Shown: positions 16,011 through 27,080 of the stretch, in pieces
How the letters are laid out: the number at the start of each line of letters is the position of its first letter
How positions within the stretch are numbered: the stretch's first letter is position 1
Virus record (IMG/VR): IMGVR_UViG_2690316263_000015
Coordinates: 1-32,035 of that record
Strand: one strand, 5' to 3'
Source of the DNA: a virus
Lineage: Duplodnaviria > Heunggongvirae > Uroviricota > Caudoviricetes
Length of the DNA stretch: 32,035 bases
The notes under the pieces: generated by a model
What the model saw: only the letters and a program-made list of their open reading frames with translations
Database searches by the model: none
Told to the model about the DNA's origin: nothing
Position numbers and translations under genes: made by a program

Positions 16011-17490
16011 CACCATTCCGTCGAATACGCTGGTTCCGCTGTTTTATGCGGAAATGGATAACTCGGCGGCGAATACTGCACAGGACAGCGGGGCATCGTT
16101 GCTGATTGGTCACGCCAATAACGGTGCAGAGATTGTTGCCAACAGTCTGGTGCTGATGCCGTCGGCAGACTATGCACGCCAGATTTGTGGTGCGGGAAGT
16201 CAGCTGGCGCGTATGGTCGAGGCTTATCGCCAGACCGATCCGTTTGGCGAGCTGTATGTGATTGCCGTTCCGGAAGCCACAGGCGCGGCGGCAACGGTTA
16301 CGCTGACGGTGACCGGAGCAGCAACCGAAACCGGCACGGTGAATGTTTATGTGGGACGTACCCGCGTGCAGGCACCGGTGACCAACGGCGATAACGTCAC
16401 GACGATTGCCAGCAGTATCCAGGATGCCATCAATGCCGTTCCGGCCCTGCCGTTTACGGCCTCATCTTCGGCAGGCGTGGTCACGCTGACCGCGCGTCAT
16501 AAGGGGCTTTGCGGGAATGAAATTCCTGTCAGCCTCAATTACTACGGCTTTGGTGGGGGCGAAGTGCTGCCAGCGGGCGTACAGATTGCCGTGGCGACGG
16601 GGAGCGCCGGAACGGGCGCTCCGGTTCTCACCGGTGCGGTGGCTGCAATGGCGGATGAGCCGTTTGATTATATTGGCTTGCCGTTCAACGACACGGCCTC
16701 CGTTAACACGCTGGTGACCGAGATGAACGATACCAGCGGTCGCTGGAGCTATGCGCGTCAGCTGTATGGTCATGTGTATACGGCAAAGATCGGCACGCTG
16801 TCAGAACTGGTGACCGCAGGTGACCAGTTTAACCAGCAGCACATTACCCTGGCGGGATACGAAAAAGACACTCAGACGCCAGCCGACGAGCTGGCGGCAA
16901 GCCGTACCGCCCGCGCAGCGGTGTTTATTCGCAACGATCCGGCACGTCCCACGCAGACCGGTGAGCTGGTGGGTATGCTGCCTGCACCGAAGGGGAAACG
17001 GTTCACGATGACCGAGCAACAGACCCTGCTGTCTCATGGCGTGGCAACGGCGTATGTCGAAAGTGGGGTACTGCGCATTCAGCGTGATGTCACCACGTAC
17101 AGGAAAAACGCTTACGGGGTTGCGGATAACAGCTACCTCGACAGTGAGACGCTGCATACCAGCGCGTATGTACTGCGCAAACTGAAATCCGTCATTACCA
17201 GTAAGTACGGGCGTCACAAGCTTGCCAGTGACGGTACCCGCTTTGGTCCCGGTCAGGCGATTGTCACCCCGGCGGTGATCAAAGGGGAACTGCTGGCAAC
17301 CTACCGTCAGCTTGAGCGTGCGGGGATCGTGGAAAACTACGAACTGTTTAAGCAGTACCTGGTTGTGGAGCGTGATGCCAGCGATCCGAACCGCCTGAAC
17401 ACGCTGTTCCCGCCTGACTATGTTAACCAGTTGCGTGTCTTTGCCGTGGTTAACCAGTTCCGTCTTCAGTATTCAGAGGAGTCTGCATAA
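15994..17490 (+). CDS. contractile tail sheath protein (Mu gpL-like)
   Basis: ATG 15994 after AAGGTG. 498 aa; size and position (before tube and chaperone) typical of myovirus sheath. Confidence 0.85.
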   Translation: MTISFNTIPSNTLVPLFYAEMDNSAANTAQDSGASLLIGHANNGAEIVANSLVLMPSADYARQICGAGSQLARMVEAYRQTDPFGELYVIAVPEATGAAATVTLTVTGAATETGTVNVYVGRTRVQAPVTNGDNVTTIASSIQDAINAVPALPFTASSSAGVVTLTARHKGLCGNEIPVSLNYYGFGGGEVLPAGVQIAVATGSAGTGAPVLTGAVAAMADEPFDYIGLPFNDTASVNTLVTEMNDTSGRWSYARQLYGHVYTAKIGTLSELVTAGDQFNQQHITLAGYEKDTQTPADELAASRTARAAVFIRNDPARPTQTGELVGMLPAPKGKRFTMTEQQTLLSHGVATAYVESGVLRIQRDVTTYRKNAYGVADNSYLDSETLHTSAYVLRKLKSVITSKYGRHKLASDGTRFGPGQAIVTPAVIKGELLATYRQLERAGIVENYELFKQYLVVERDASDPNRLNTLFPPDYVNQLRVFAVVNQFRLQYSEESA

Positions 17491-17846
17491 TGGCCCGTAT
17501 CGGGGGAACCTGTTATTTCAAAATTGACGGTCAGCAGCTATCGCTGACCGGCGGCATTGAGGTGCCCATGAACAGGACGGTCAATGATGACATCATCGGC
17601 CTGGACGGTTCAGTGGACCGCAAGGAAACTCACCGTGCACCTTATGTCAAAGGGACCTTCAAGGTGCCGAAGAATTTTCCGGTGAGCAAAATCACCTCGT
17701 CTGATGAGATGACCATCACTGCCGAGCTGGCGAACGGTCAGGTCTATGTATTGTCGTCCGCCTGGCTGCACGGTGAAGCGAACCATAATGCCGAAGAAGG
17801 CACGGTTGATCTTGAGTTCCACGGTGAAGAAGGGGATTACCAGTGA
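17490..17846 (+). CDS. tail tube protein (Mu gpM-like)
   Basis: 118 aa directly after the sheath gene (TAATG overlap). Confidence 0.7.
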   Translation: MARIGGTCYFKIDGQQLSLTGGIEVPMNRTVNDDIIGLDGSVDRKETHRAPYVKGTFKVPKNFPVSKITSSDEMTITAELANGQVYVLSSAWLHGEANHNAEEGTVDLEFHGEEGDYQ

Positions 17847-18166
17847 TTGAGCTTGTACTTAAAAAACCGATCATCGCCCACAAAGAAACACTGCATGTGC
17901 TGGAAATACGTGAGCCTACGTATGACGAGATTGAGGCGCTGGGGTTCCCTTTCTCTGTTTCGCCTGATGGTGGTATGAAAATGGACAGTCAGGTGGCGCT
18001 GAAATATATCCCGCTTCTGGCCGGGATCCCGCGCTCGTCTGCAGCGCAGATGACGAAGCTGGATATTTTCAAGGCAGGCATGATTGTAATGCGTTTTTTT
18101 ACCGGCTTGGAGACGGAAGAGACCTCCGGAAGCGATTCTACAATGTCGCGTGGTTCTGGAAATTAA
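17843..18166 (+). CDS. tail assembly chaperone (G-like; candidate -1 frameshift site near its 3' end)
   Basis: GTG 17843. 107 aa between tube and tape-measure genes. Slippery T-TTT-TTT at 18094-18100 with the -1 frame open to 18257. Confidence 0.55.
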   Translation: MIELVLKKPIIAHKETLHVLEIREPTYDEIEALGFPFSVSPDGGMKMDSQVALKYIPLLAGIPRSSAAQMTKLDIFKAGMIVMRFFTGLETEETSGSDSTMSRGSGN

Positions 18167-18250
18167 ACCCCCTTGAACTTCGCCGGACGGCTATTTCCCA
18201 CTTTGCTGATCTGGAGGCAGAGGCCGTCCGTATAAATGAGGAGATGAAGC

Positions 18251-20158
18251 ATGGCTGATAATTTTCAGCTGAAAGCCATCATCACCGCCGTTGACAGGCT
18301 ATCCGGCCCGCTTAAAGGTATGCAGCGTCAGCTTAAGGGATTTCAGAAAGAAGTCTCCAGCCTTGCTCTGGGCGCTGCCGGGGCGGGTACTGCAATAATG
18401 GGGGCACTGGTACTCCCTGTAAAATCAGCCATCACCCTTGAATCGAAGATGGCTGATGTCCGCAAAGTGGTGGACGGTCTGGATACGCCGGATGCGTTTA
18501 AGGCCATGACGGAGCAGGTGCGTGACCTGTCAACCGAACTGCCTATGTCGGCGGAAGGTATCGCTGAAATCGTGGCGGCGGGTGGTCAGGCCGGGATTGC
18601 ACGTGATGAACTGATGCAGTTTGCCACTGATGCGGTGAAGATGGGCGTGGCCTTTGATACCACGGCTGAAGAGTCCGGGCAGATGATGGCCCAGTGGCGT
18701 ACTGCGTTTAATATGACGCAGGATGAAGTGGCCGGGCTGGCTGACAAAATCAACTACCTTGGTAATACCGGCCCGGCGAACGCGAAGAAAATCTCCGATA
18801 TTGTTACGCGTATTGGTCCTTTAGGTGGTGTTGCAGGTGTGGCTTCCGGCGAAATCGCGGCAATGGGGGCAACCATTGCCGGGATGGGCGTGGAGTCAGA
18901 AATTGCCGCCACAGGGATCAAGAACTTCATGCTTTCCCTGACCGCGGGAAATTCTGCGACAAAATCGCAGAAACAGGCATTGCGTTTTCTGCGGATCAAT
19001 CCGAAGAAATTAGCTGCTGATATGCAGAAAGATGCCCGGGGCACCATGCTGTCTGTACTGGATGCGATGGCTAAAGTGCCTAAAGAAAAACAGGCAGCTG
19101 TGCTGAATGCCCTGTTCGGGAAAGAGTCTCTGGGCGCGATAGCACCTCTGCTGACTAACCTTGATTTGTTGCGTACCAACTTCAGGCGGGTTGCGGATTC
19201 CCAGCAGTATGGCAGTTCGATGCAGAAGGAATATGCTTCGAGGGCAGCGACGACGGAAAACCAGCTTTTACTTCTGCAAAATCAACTTGATGCCATTTCT
19301 TCCACGCTGGGGGAAACGTTTTTTCCTGAGGTTAATGATGGTCTTGAAGCGGTAAAACCGCTCCTTGAGGAAGTGAGAACGTTTGTCCGTGAAAACCCGG
19401 AGCTCGTTAAGACCATTGCTAAAATCGGTCTGGCCTTACTGACGGTGGGAGCCGCTGCAGGCTCTTTGTCCAGAATTATGAAAGTTCTCGGCGGTGTGAT
19501 GAATATGACGCCTGCTAAGGGGCTGATTGCTCTTCTGGTTGGTGGCGCTTACCTCATTATTGATAACTGGGAAACCGTAGGTCCTGTCATAAAAAAAGTC
19601 TGGCACGTGATGGATGAAACGGCGCAGGCGATGGGGGGATGGGAAACTGTTCTGAAAGCGATTGCCCTGTTTATGGCAACCAAATGGGTTGCTGACGTTA
19701 CCAAATCCATTACCGCAGTGACCAGAGAGATGCGTACGCTGGGGAAGGTATCGGCAGAAACGGGATTGATGGGGAAAGGCCGCGGCTTTATCGGGAAGGC
19801 CGGGGTATATGGTTTTCTGGGAACCCTGATGTATGAGCCGGTTAAAGATACTCTGGAAAGTGTTGTTCCTGAAGATACGGTTAACTGGCTGGATAATAAA
19901 GGGCTGTTTCTGGCTTCAGACTGGACGCCTTTTTTTGATCGTAAAGAGTACGAGCAATATCAGGCCAGCCTGAGTCAGTACAAACCCAATGTTCCGCTGT
20001 TGAATCCATCTTCTTCCATGACACAGCACAGCGAGCTGAAAGTCACGTTCGAGAATGCTCCGCCAGGTATGAAGATAATTGATGTACCGGACAAAGCCGA
20101 TCCCCTGATGAAAATCACGCACGATGTGGGGTATTCCCCTTTTCGTTTTCCACGATAA
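18251..20158 (+). CDS. tail tape measure protein
   Basis: ATG 18251 after GAGGAG. 635 aa, alpha-helical, Ala/Gly-rich with hydrophobic internal segments; canonical position. Confidence 0.85.
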   Translation: MADNFQLKAIITAVDRLSGPLKGMQRQLKGFQKEVSSLALGAAGAGTAIMGALVLPVKSAITLESKMADVRKVVDGLDTPDAFKAMTEQVRDLSTELPMSAEGIAEIVAAGGQAGIARDELMQFATDAVKMGVAFDTTAEESGQMMAQWRTAFNMTQDEVAGLADKINYLGNTGPANAKKISDIVTRIGPLGGVAGVASGEIAAMGATIAGMGVESEIAATGIKNFMLSLTAGNSATKSQKQALRFLRINPKKLAADMQKDARGTMLSVLDAMAKVPKEKQAAVLNALFGKESLGAIAPLLTNLDLLRTNFRRVADSQQYGSSMQKEYASRAATTENQLLLLQNQLDAISSTLGETFFPEVNDGLEAVKPLLEEVRTFVRENPELVKTIAKIGLALLTVGAAAGSLSRIMKVLGGVMNMTPAKGLIALLVGGAYLIIDNWETVGPVIKKVWHVMDETAQAMGGWETVLKAIALFMATKWVADVTKSITAVTREMRTLGKVSAETGLMGKGRGFIGKAGVYGFLGTLMYEPVKDTLESVVPEDTVNWLDNKGLFLASDWTPFFDRKEYEQYQASLSQYKPNVPLLNPSSSMTQHSELKVTFENAPPGMKIIDVPDKADPLMKITHDVGYSPFRFPR

Positions 20159-20182
20159 CGCAGTCCTTTTTGAGGTCAGTCT

Positions 20183-21559
20183 ATGGATTTATCCTCATTT
20201 CCCACCCGACCTTCATTACTTTCGTCGTCTTCAGGCTGGCGTGACAGACTTCAGGACGCGTCATTTCGCGGCGTATCGTTTAAGGTTGAAGAAGAAAGTG
20301 CGGGAACCGGTCGCCGTGTGGAAACACACGAATACCCGAACCGCGACAAACCCTATACCGAAGACCTGGGGAAAATCACTTTCCGCCCGTCCATCACAGC
20401 TTATGTGGTGGGAGATGACTGCTTTGACCAGCGCGATCGCCTGATTGAAGCGCTGAATAAACCCGGTCCCGGCACGCTTGTCCATCCGACTTACGGTGAG
20501 CTGAAAGTCTGTGTTGACGGGGAAGTTCGGGTCAGCACATCGAAGAGTGAAGGGCGTATTGTCCGCTTTGACCTGAAGTTTGTCGAAGCGGGAGAACTCT
20601 CTTACCCCACTTCAGGTGCGGCGACGGCGCAGACGCTGATGTCATCCTGTTCTGCACTGGATGACTGCATCAGTGACAGCTTCAGTGGTTTCAGTATCGA
20701 TGGCGTGGCAGATTTTGTGCAGAACGACGTTATTGGTAATGCCAGCATAATGCTGGGGTATGTTTCTGATACGATGAAAGTGGTGGATTCTGCCGTATCG
20801 GATGCTGCCAGGCTGTTGCAGGGGGATATCTCGGTACTTCTGCCGCCGCCATCGTCAGGCAAAAATTTCGTTGAGCAGGTGCAGAAAATGTGGCGTACCG
20901 GGAAACGCCTTTATGGTAACGCCAGCGACCTGGTCACCATGATCAAAACGCTTTCCGGTGTCAGCCTCGGCAGCGATCTGCAACCGCGCGGCGTCTGGAA
21001 AACGGACAGTAAAACCACCGCCACGGCGACGCAGCAGCGTAACGTGGTTGCCAGCACCCTTCGTACGACCGCAATCAGCGAAGCGGCGTATGCCGTCACA
21101 CGATTGCCTGCGCCAACAACTTCCGCGGTGATGCAGAATGCCACAGTGGGGCAGTCAACAACACCCGCGCAGAGCACCGGCTGGCCTTCTGTCACGCATC
21201 CGGCACTGAACAATGCACCGGCGGTGAAAAACACGGTTGACCTGCCAACGTGGGAAGAACTGACCGACATTCGCGACACACTGAATACGGCAATTGATAA
21301 GGAGTTGTCCCGTACAACCAGTGATGCGCTGTTTCTGGCGCTGCGCCGGGTGAAAGCAGATCTGAATGCGGATATCAACACGCGCCTTGAACAGTCTGCA
21401 CGGATCATTCAGCGCACACCGGATGAGGTTTTACCCGCGCTGGTGCTGGCGGCGACCTGGTTTGATAACGCGGCGCGTGACGCGGACATTATCCGGCGTA
21501 ATGCCATTACGCATCCCGGCTTTGTGCCGGTGATCCCTCTGAAGGTGCCAGTGCAATGA
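20183..21559 (+). CDS. DNA circularisation protein (Mu gpN-like)
   Basis: ATG 20183 after GAGGT. 458 aa; the N-terminal region (RDRLQDASFRGVSFKVEEESAGTGRRVETHEYPNRDKPYTEDLGK) is typical of the Mu N-type domain. Confidence 0.7.
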   Translation: MDLSSFPTRPSLLSSSSGWRDRLQDASFRGVSFKVEEESAGTGRRVETHEYPNRDKPYTEDLGKITFRPSITAYVVGDDCFDQRDRLIEALNKPGPGTLVHPTYGELKVCVDGEVRVSTSKSEGRIVRFDLKFVEAGELSYPTSGAATAQTLMSSCSALDDCISDSFSGFSIDGVADFVQNDVIGNASIMLGYVSDTMKVVDSAVSDAARLLQGDISVLLPPPSSGKNFVEQVQKMWRTGKRLYGNASDLVTMIKTLSGVSLGSDLQPRGVWKTDSKTTATATQQRNVVASTLRTTAISEAAYAVTRLPAPTTSAVMQNATVGQSTTPAQSTGWPSVTHPALNNAPAVKNTVDLPTWEELTDIRDTLNTAIDKELSRTTSDALFLALRRVKADLNADINTRLEQSARIIQRTPDEVLPALVLAATWFDNAARDADIIRRNAITHPGFVPVIPLKVPVQ

Positions 21560-22635
21560 ACGATAACGTCACGCTACGGGTAAATGGCCGGGAGTGGAAT
21601 GGCTGGACATCGGTGCGCATCGGTGCCGGTATTGAACGGCTGGCGCGGGATTTCAGTGTGGAGATCACCCGCCAGTGGCCGGGAGATGAGGGTATCACCA
21701 CGCTTCAGCCGCGCATTAAAAACGGTTCAAAAGTGGAAGTGCTGATTGGTGATGAGCTGGTGATCACCGGCTGGGTGGAGGCGACGCCCGTTCGTTACGA
21801 TGCCCGTTCGGTCAGCACCGGTATTGCCGGACGCAGTCTGACCGCTGACCTGATTGATTGTGCAGCCGAACCGACACAATTTAACGGACGATCGCTGGTA
21901 CAGATTGCGCAGGCGCTTGCTGCGCCTTTCGGCATTGAGGTGGTGAACAGCGGTGCGCCGTCGGGTGTTATTCCGGATGTCCAGCCTGATCACGGTGAAA
22001 CGGTGATCGAGGTGATCAACAAAATACTCGGTCAGCAGCAGGCGCTGGCTTATGACGACCCGCACGGCAGGCTGGTGATTGGTTGTATTGGCTCAACGCG
22101 GGCACATACCGCGCTGGTACTTGGGGAAAACATCCTTTCCTGTGATACGGAGAAGAGTATCCGGGAGCGGTTTTCAGTTTACCAGGTGGCGGGGCAGCGT
22201 GCCGGAAACGACGATGATTTCGGTGAGGCCACCACCACCGCGCTGCGGGCCCGCACAGAGGACGCATTTATTGCCCGTTACCGTCCGATGTATATCAGGC
22301 AGACAGGGCAGGCTACGGGGGCAGGCTGTATTGCCCGTGCTGACTTTGAAGCCCGACAACGGGCGGCGCGGACGGATGAAACCACCTATGTGGTGCAGGG
22401 CTGGCGACAGGGTAACGGTACGCTGTGGCAGCCCAACCAGCGGGTGATTGTCTTCGATCCGGTCTGTGGTTTCGACAATACCGAACTGCTTGTCTCGGAA
22501 GTCACGTTTACTCAGGACCAGAACGGCACCCTGACGGAAATCCGTGTCGGCCCGCCTGATGCTTATCTGCCTGAACCCGAAGCCCCCGGCGCGCGGAAAA
22601 AGAAAAAAGCCAGAGTACAGGAGGACCCGTTCTGA
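21556..22635 (+). CDS. baseplate hub / tail protein (Mu gpP-like)
   Basis: 359 aa, ATGA-coupled to the upstream gene; position between the N-like and V-like genes. Confidence 0.65.
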   Translation: MNDNVTLRVNGREWNGWTSVRIGAGIERLARDFSVEITRQWPGDEGITTLQPRIKNGSKVEVLIGDELVITGWVEATPVRYDARSVSTGIAGRSLTADLIDCAAEPTQFNGRSLVQIAQALAAPFGIEVVNSGAPSGVIPDVQPDHGETVIEVINKILGQQQALAYDDPHGRLVIGCIGSTRAHTALVLGENILSCDTEKSIRERFSVYQVAGQRAGNDDDFGEATTTALRARTEDAFIARYRPMYIRQTGQATGAGCIARADFEARQRAARTDETTYVVQGWRQGNGTLWQPNQRVIVFDPVCGFDNTELLVSEVTFTQDQNGTLTEIRVGPPDAYLPEPEAPGARKKKKARVQEDPF

Positions 22636-23183
22636 TGAGGACGATTGAAGCCATGCAGCGACAACTCCTCGGCCTGATTGGGCGGGCCGTGGTAAAAAGC
22701 ATCAGTGCCGCCACGAAATGTCAGACCGTGGATGTGTCCCTGATTGCCGGTGAACCCAAAGCCGGGGTTGAACATCTTGAACCCTACGGTTTTACCGCAA
22801 GGGCAAACAGCGGTGCGGAAGCGGTGGTGTTGTTTCCGGATGGCGACCGTTCTCATGCGGTGGTTGTTACGGTGTCGGACCGTCGCTACCGGCTGAAAGG
22901 GCTGCAGACGGGTGAGGTGGCTGTCTATGACGATCAGGGGCAGTCCGTGACGCTGACCCGGGAGGGGATCGTGGTGGACGGTGCAGGTAAAACGATCACG
23001 TTTCGCAATGCACCTGAAGCACGTTTTGAAATGGACCTGGAAGTGACAGGACAGGTGAAAGACCTGTGCGACTCCGGCGGCACCACCATGTCAGCGATGC
23101 GGCTTGCCTATAACGGGCATCGTCACAGAGAGAACGGTCAGGGCAGTAACACCGACAAACCGGATAAAGCGATGGAGGCATGA
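22635..23183 (+). CDS. baseplate assembly protein V (spike, Mu gp45-like)
   Basis: 182 aa; position directly after the P-like hub gene. Confidence 0.7.
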   Translation: MRTIEAMQRQLLGLIGRAVVKSISAATKCQTVDVSLIAGEPKAGVEHLEPYGFTARANSGAEAVVLFPDGDRSHAVVVTVSDRRYRLKGLQTGEVAVYDDQGQSVTLTREGIVVDGAGKTITFRNAPEARFEMDLEVTGQVKDLCDSGGTTMSAMRLAYNGHRHRENGQGSNTDKPDKAMEA

Positions 23184-23608
23184 TGGAACTGTGGCTGACG
23201 GTGAACGGTAAACGCACCTGCGCCAGCGCACCGCTGGATCCGCTGACCCGCGCCGTGGTGATTTCCCTGTTTACCTGGCGGCGGGCGGAGCCTGATGACA
23301 ACGCCGACGTCCCGATGGGATGGTGGGGGGATACCTGGCCTGCGGTACAGAATGACCGTTACGGCTCCCGACTGTGGCTGCTTCAGCGCAGCAAACTGAC
23401 CAATCAGCTGGTGCAGACGGTAAGGGGGTATATCCGCGAATGCCTGCAATGGATGATTGATGATGGCGTGGTGTCCCGTATTGATCTGGATATCCGCCGC
23501 ACCGGGATTAATGAACTGGGTAACAGTATCACTCTCTGGCGTCGTGACGGACCGGTAATGATTTCTTTTGATGATCTGTGGAGTGCGATAACGCATGGCG
23601 GACAGTGA
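23180..23608 (+). CDS. baseplate protein (Mu gp46-like)
   Basis: 142 aa; position between the V-like and J-like baseplate genes. Confidence 0.55.
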   Translation: MMELWLTVNGKRTCASAPLDPLTRAVVISLFTWRRAEPDDNADVPMGWWGDTWPAVQNDRYGSRLWLLQRSKLTNQLVQTVRGYIRECLQWMIDDGVVSRIDLDIRRTGINELGNSITLWRRDGPVMISFDDLWSAITHGGQ

Positions 23609-24653
23609 ATTTCAGCGCCCGACGCTGGCAGAAAATATCAGTATGCTCCGTAACGATGTATTCGCCAGGCTGGACGTCAGCGACACGCTCCGGCGCATGG
23701 ATGAAGACGTGCGGGCAAAGGTGTATGCGGCGGCGCTGCATACGGTTTACGGTTACATCGATTATCTGGCAATGAACATGCTGCCTGACCTGTGCGATGA
23801 GTCCTGGCTGGCGCGACATGCTGCGATGAAACGGTGTCCGCGCAAGGGGGCCACGGCTGCCAGCGGGTATATGCGCTGGGGAGGTGTCAGCGATGGCCTG
23901 AAGGTGACTGCCGGGAGCGTGATTCAGCGCGATGACCTGGTTCAGTACACGGCAACTGCTGATGCAACCAGCTCCGGTGGTGTCCTGCGCGTGCCGATCA
24001 CTTGCTCAAGTGCAGGCGCGGTCGGTAACGCTGACGACGGTACGGCATTAATCCTGGTCACGCCGGTGAATGGTCTGCCGTCTTCCGGTGTTGCAGATAC
24101 CCTGACTGGCGGATTCGATACTGAAGATCTGGAAACGTGGCGCGCCCGCGTCATTGAGCGGTATTACTGGACGCCTCAGGGCGGGGCTGACGGGGACTAT
24201 GTCGTCTGGGCTAAAGAAGTGCCCGGCATTACCCGCGCATGGACATACCGTCACTGGATGGGAACGGGAACTGTCGGTGTGATGATTGCCAGCAGTGACC
24301 TGATTAATCCCATTCCGGAAGAATCAACGGAAACGGCGGCAAGACAACACATTGAGCCACTGGCCCCGGTGGCAGGCTCTGATTTGTATGTATTCAGGCC
24401 GGTGGCACATACGGTGGATTTTCATATCCGCGTGACGCCGGACACACCGGAAATACGGGCTGCCATCACCGCGGAGTTGCGTTCGTTCCTGCTGCGTGAT
24501 GGTTATCCGCAGGGAGAACTGAAGGTATCGCGTATCAGTGAGGCGATTTCCGGTGCGAACGGGGAATACAGCCATCAGTTGCTTGCACCAGCAGACAATA
24601 TCTCCATTGCGAAAAATGAACTGGCGGTTCTGGGGGCGATTTCATGGACGTGA
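23595..24653 (+). CDS. baseplate J-like protein (Mu gp47-like)
   Basis: 352 aa; size and position match baseplate J. Confidence 0.75.
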   Translation: MADSEFQRPTLAENISMLRNDVFARLDVSDTLRRMDEDVRAKVYAAALHTVYGYIDYLAMNMLPDLCDESWLARHAAMKRCPRKGATAASGYMRWGGVSDGLKVTAGSVIQRDDLVQYTATADATSSGGVLRVPITCSSAGAVGNADDGTALILVTPVNGLPSSGVADTLTGGFDTEDLETWRARVIERYYWTPQGGADGDYVVWAKEVPGITRAWTYRHWMGTGTVGVMIASSDLINPIPEESTETAARQHIEPLAPVAGSDLYVFRPVAHTVDFHIRVTPDTPEIRAAITAELRSFLLRDGYPQGELKVSRISEAISGANGEYSHQLLAPADNISIAKNELAVLGAISWT

Positions 24654-25228
24654 CAAACGATGATTACATCCGTCTGTTGTCGGCACTGCTGCCCCCTGGT
24701 CCGGCGTGGTCAGCCAGCGATCCGGCGATTGCCGGTGCGGCACCGTCATTAACCCGCGTTCATCAGCGTGCGGATGCCCTGATGCGGGAGCTGGATCCGC
24801 GCACCACCACCGAACTGATAAATCGCTGGGAGCGTCTGTGCGGCCTGCCGGATGAATGTATTCCCGCAGGGACACAGACCCTTCGCCAGCGTCAGCAACG
24901 ACTGGATGCGAAGGTTAACCTGGCGGGCGGCATCAACGAGGATTTTTACCTTGCACAGCTTGCTGCCCTGGGCAGACCAGACGCTACCATCACGCGATAC
25001 GACAAAAGCACGTTCACCTGCTCATCGGCCTGTACTGACGCGGTGAATGCGCCGGAATGGCGGTATTACTGGCAGGTCAACATGCCAGCCGCCACCAACA
25101 CCACCTGGATGACATGTGGCGATCCCTGTGATTCCGCACTGCGTATCTGGGGCGACACCGTTGTCGAGTGCGTGCTTAACAAACTCTGCCCGTCGCATAC
25201 CTACGTAATTTTTAAATATCCGGAGTAA
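24644..25228 (+). CDS. tail protein, DUF2313 / Mu gp48-like (YmfQ-like)
   Basis: 194 aa, Cys-containing C-terminus; located between baseplate J and the tail fibre, as in Mu-like and e14-type modules. Confidence 0.65.
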   Translation: MDVTNDDYIRLLSALLPPGPAWSASDPAIAGAAPSLTRVHQRADALMRELDPRTTTELINRWERLCGLPDECIPAGTQTLRQRQQRLDAKVNLAGGINEDFYLAQLAALGRPDATITRYDKSTFTCSSACTDAVNAPEWRYYWQVNMPAATNTTWMTCGDPCDSALRIWGDTVVECVLNKLCPSHTYVIFKYPE

Positions 25229-25231
25229 TCC

Positions 25232-26059
25232 ATGCATCGTATAGACACGAAAACCGCGCAGAAGGATAAGTTCGGCGCGGGTAAGAACGGTTTTACCCGT
25301 GGTAACCCCCAGACTGGCACGCCTGCCACCGATCTGGATGATGACTACTTTGACATGTTGCAGGAAGAACTTTGTAGCGTGGTGGAGGCATCCGGTGCCA
25401 GTCTGGAGAAGGCGCGGCACGACCAGCTGCTTACCGCGCTTCGTGCGCTGCTGTTAAGCCGCAAGAATCCGTTTGGCGATATCAAATCGGATGGCACGGT
25501 GAAAACGGCTCTCGAAAACCTTGGTTTGGGAGAAGGTTCAGCATTACCCGTTGGCGTGCCTGTTCCGTGGCCTTCCGCCACTCCGCCAACAGGCTGGCTG
25601 AAATGCAACGGTGCCGCTTTTTCTGCAGAAGAATACCCGGAACTGGCAAAGGCTTACCCGACCAATAAATTGCCTGATTTACGCGGTGAATTTATTCGTG
25701 GCTGGGATGATGGACGTGGAGTGGATGCGGGGCGAGCCTTGCTAAGTCTTCAGGATGACTCTTTTGAAGCTCACAGACATGAGTCCTTTTTTTACGCGGG
25801 TATTTCACGCAATGAAACACCATTAAAAAATCTTCCAAGTTCAGACGAGATGCTGACTTTAAGTTCCACAACTAATGCCTTGTCCCCGGACAGTATTGAT
25901 GCCACCAATTCGTTAATTGGTAATGATGATTACAACTGTCTGATTGAAGGAAATAAAAATAACAAACGAACGGCAACGGGGTTGAGTACCAGTATTGTCG
26001 GTGCAGCAGAGACACGCCCACGTAATATTTCATTTAATTACATTGTGAGGGCTGCATGA
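25232..26059 (+). CDS. tail fibre protein: constant N-terminal part fused to the currently expressed variable C-terminal part with a tail-collar-like receptor-binding region
   Basis: ATG 25232 after GGAG. N-terminus [29 protein letters not shown] typical of Mu S / side-tail-fibre N-termini; collar-like motif [33 protein letters not shown]; crossover site inside the gene at 25509-25534. Confidence 0.8.
   Translation: MHRIDTKTAQKDKFGAGKNGFTRGNPQTGTPATDLDDDYFDMLQEELCSVVEASGASLEKARHDQLLTALRALLLSRKNPFGDIKSDGTVKTALENLGLGEGSALPVGVPVPWPSATPPTGWLKCNGAAFSAEEYPELAKAYPTNKLPDLRGEFIRGWDDGRGVDAGRALLSLQDDSFEAHRHESFFYAGISRNETPLKNLPSSDEMLTLSSTTNALSPDSIDATNSLIGNDDYNCLIEGNKNNKRTATGLSTSIVGAAETRPRNISFNYIVRAA
25509..25534. 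repeat. left recombination site of invertible segment (hix/gix-like, 26 bp)
   Basis: CTCTCGAAAACC-TT-GGTTTGGGAGAA resembles Hin/Gin crossover sites and is an imperfect inverted repeat of 27459-27484. Confidence 0.6.
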
Positions 26060-26661
26060 TGTATAACGCCATCTTAAATAATAAATTTATTGCCACAAAG
26101 GCAGGAGAGATTACCGTTTATAACTATGACAGTGAGACACGGGAGTATATTTCTGCATCAATTGAATATCTTGCTGTGGGTGTCGGTATCCCCGCATATT
26201 CCTGTTTAGATGCTCCTGGCACACATAAGGTTGGTTATGCAATCTGCCGTTCGGCAGATTTAAACTCATGGGAATATGTGCCAGACCATCGCGGTGAAGT
26301 TGTCTATAACACCGAAACGGGAGAATCAAAAGAAATCACAGCTCCGTGTGATTACCCTGAAAATACAACCACTATCGTCCCGTTAACGCCATACGATAAA
26401 TGGGATGGTGAGAAATGGGTGACAGATACTGAGGCACAGCATAGTGCCGCAGTAGACGCGGCAGAAGCACAGCGCCAGTCGCTGATTGATGCTGCAATGG
26501 CTTCCATCAGTCTGATTCAACTGAAATTACAGGCCGGGCGGAAGCTGACGCAGGCAGAAACAACCCGACTTAACGCCGTGCTGGATTACATTGACGCGGT
26601 GACGGTAACAGATACCAGCACCGCGCCGGATGTCATCTGGCCTGAACTGCCGGAGGCGTAG
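26056..26661 (+). CDS. tail fibre assembly protein (Tfa)
   Basis: 201 aa, ATGA-coupled to the fibre gene; the C-terminal region ([62 protein letters not shown]) is a typical Tfa chaperone domain. Confidence 0.75.
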   Translation: MMYNAILNNKFIATKAGEITVYNYDSETREYISASIEYLAVGVGIPAYSCLDAPGTHKVGYAICRSADLNSWEYVPDHRGEVVYNTETGESKEITAPCDYPENTTTIVPLTPYDKWDGEKWVTDTEAQHSAAVDAAEAQRQSLIDAAMASISLIQLKLQAGRKLTQAETTRLNAVLDYIDAVTVTDTSTAPDVIWPELPEA

Positions 26662-27076
26662 GCCATTCAATATCGGGGGCTGTTGAAGTATCAACACGCA
26701 TCAGCAGCACACGGTATTTCTTCCATTGGGTGAGAGTTGAAGTTTCTTCATCAGTTGCAATGCCCGCATCAACAGCATCCTGACGCCAGGATATTTCACT
26801 GTCAGCTTTTGCACGAAATGTGGCTTTCATGTTTTCTGCATCTGATATTTTCTGTTCTGGTGAAAGCGGCGGCTCATCAACCCATGCAAGGGCCCCTGAA
26901 ACCATTCCCAGCATTTTTCCTGTTGGCTTATTTCCCCCATTAAATCTGACAGCATCCTCATCGCTGATTTCAATACCATCCTGCGGCCATGTCCCCTCCT
27001 TGATATAACTTTCGTATAGCGCTGCGTTGTAGATTGCATTTTCGGAAGGGCTGTAAACACTTTTAACTTTATTCAT
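26633..27076 (-). CDS. alternative tail fibre assembly protein (Tfa')
   Basis: 147 aa on the minus strand; the C-terminal region (SPEQKISDAENMKATFRAKADSEISWRQDAVDAGIATDEETSTLTQWKKYRVLLMRVD) parallels the Tfa chaperone domain. SD GGGAGA upstream of ATG. Convergent with tfa, 3' ends overlapping 26633-26661. Confidence 0.7.
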   Translation of the reverse strand: MNKVKSVYSPSENAIYNAALYESYIKEGTWPQDGIEISDEDAVRFNGGNKPTGKMLGMVSGALAWVDEPPLSPEQKISDAENMKATFRAKADSEISWRQDAVDAGIATDEETSTLTQWKKYRVLLMRVDTSTAPDIEWPTPPAVQAR

Positions 27077-27080
27077 TCTG

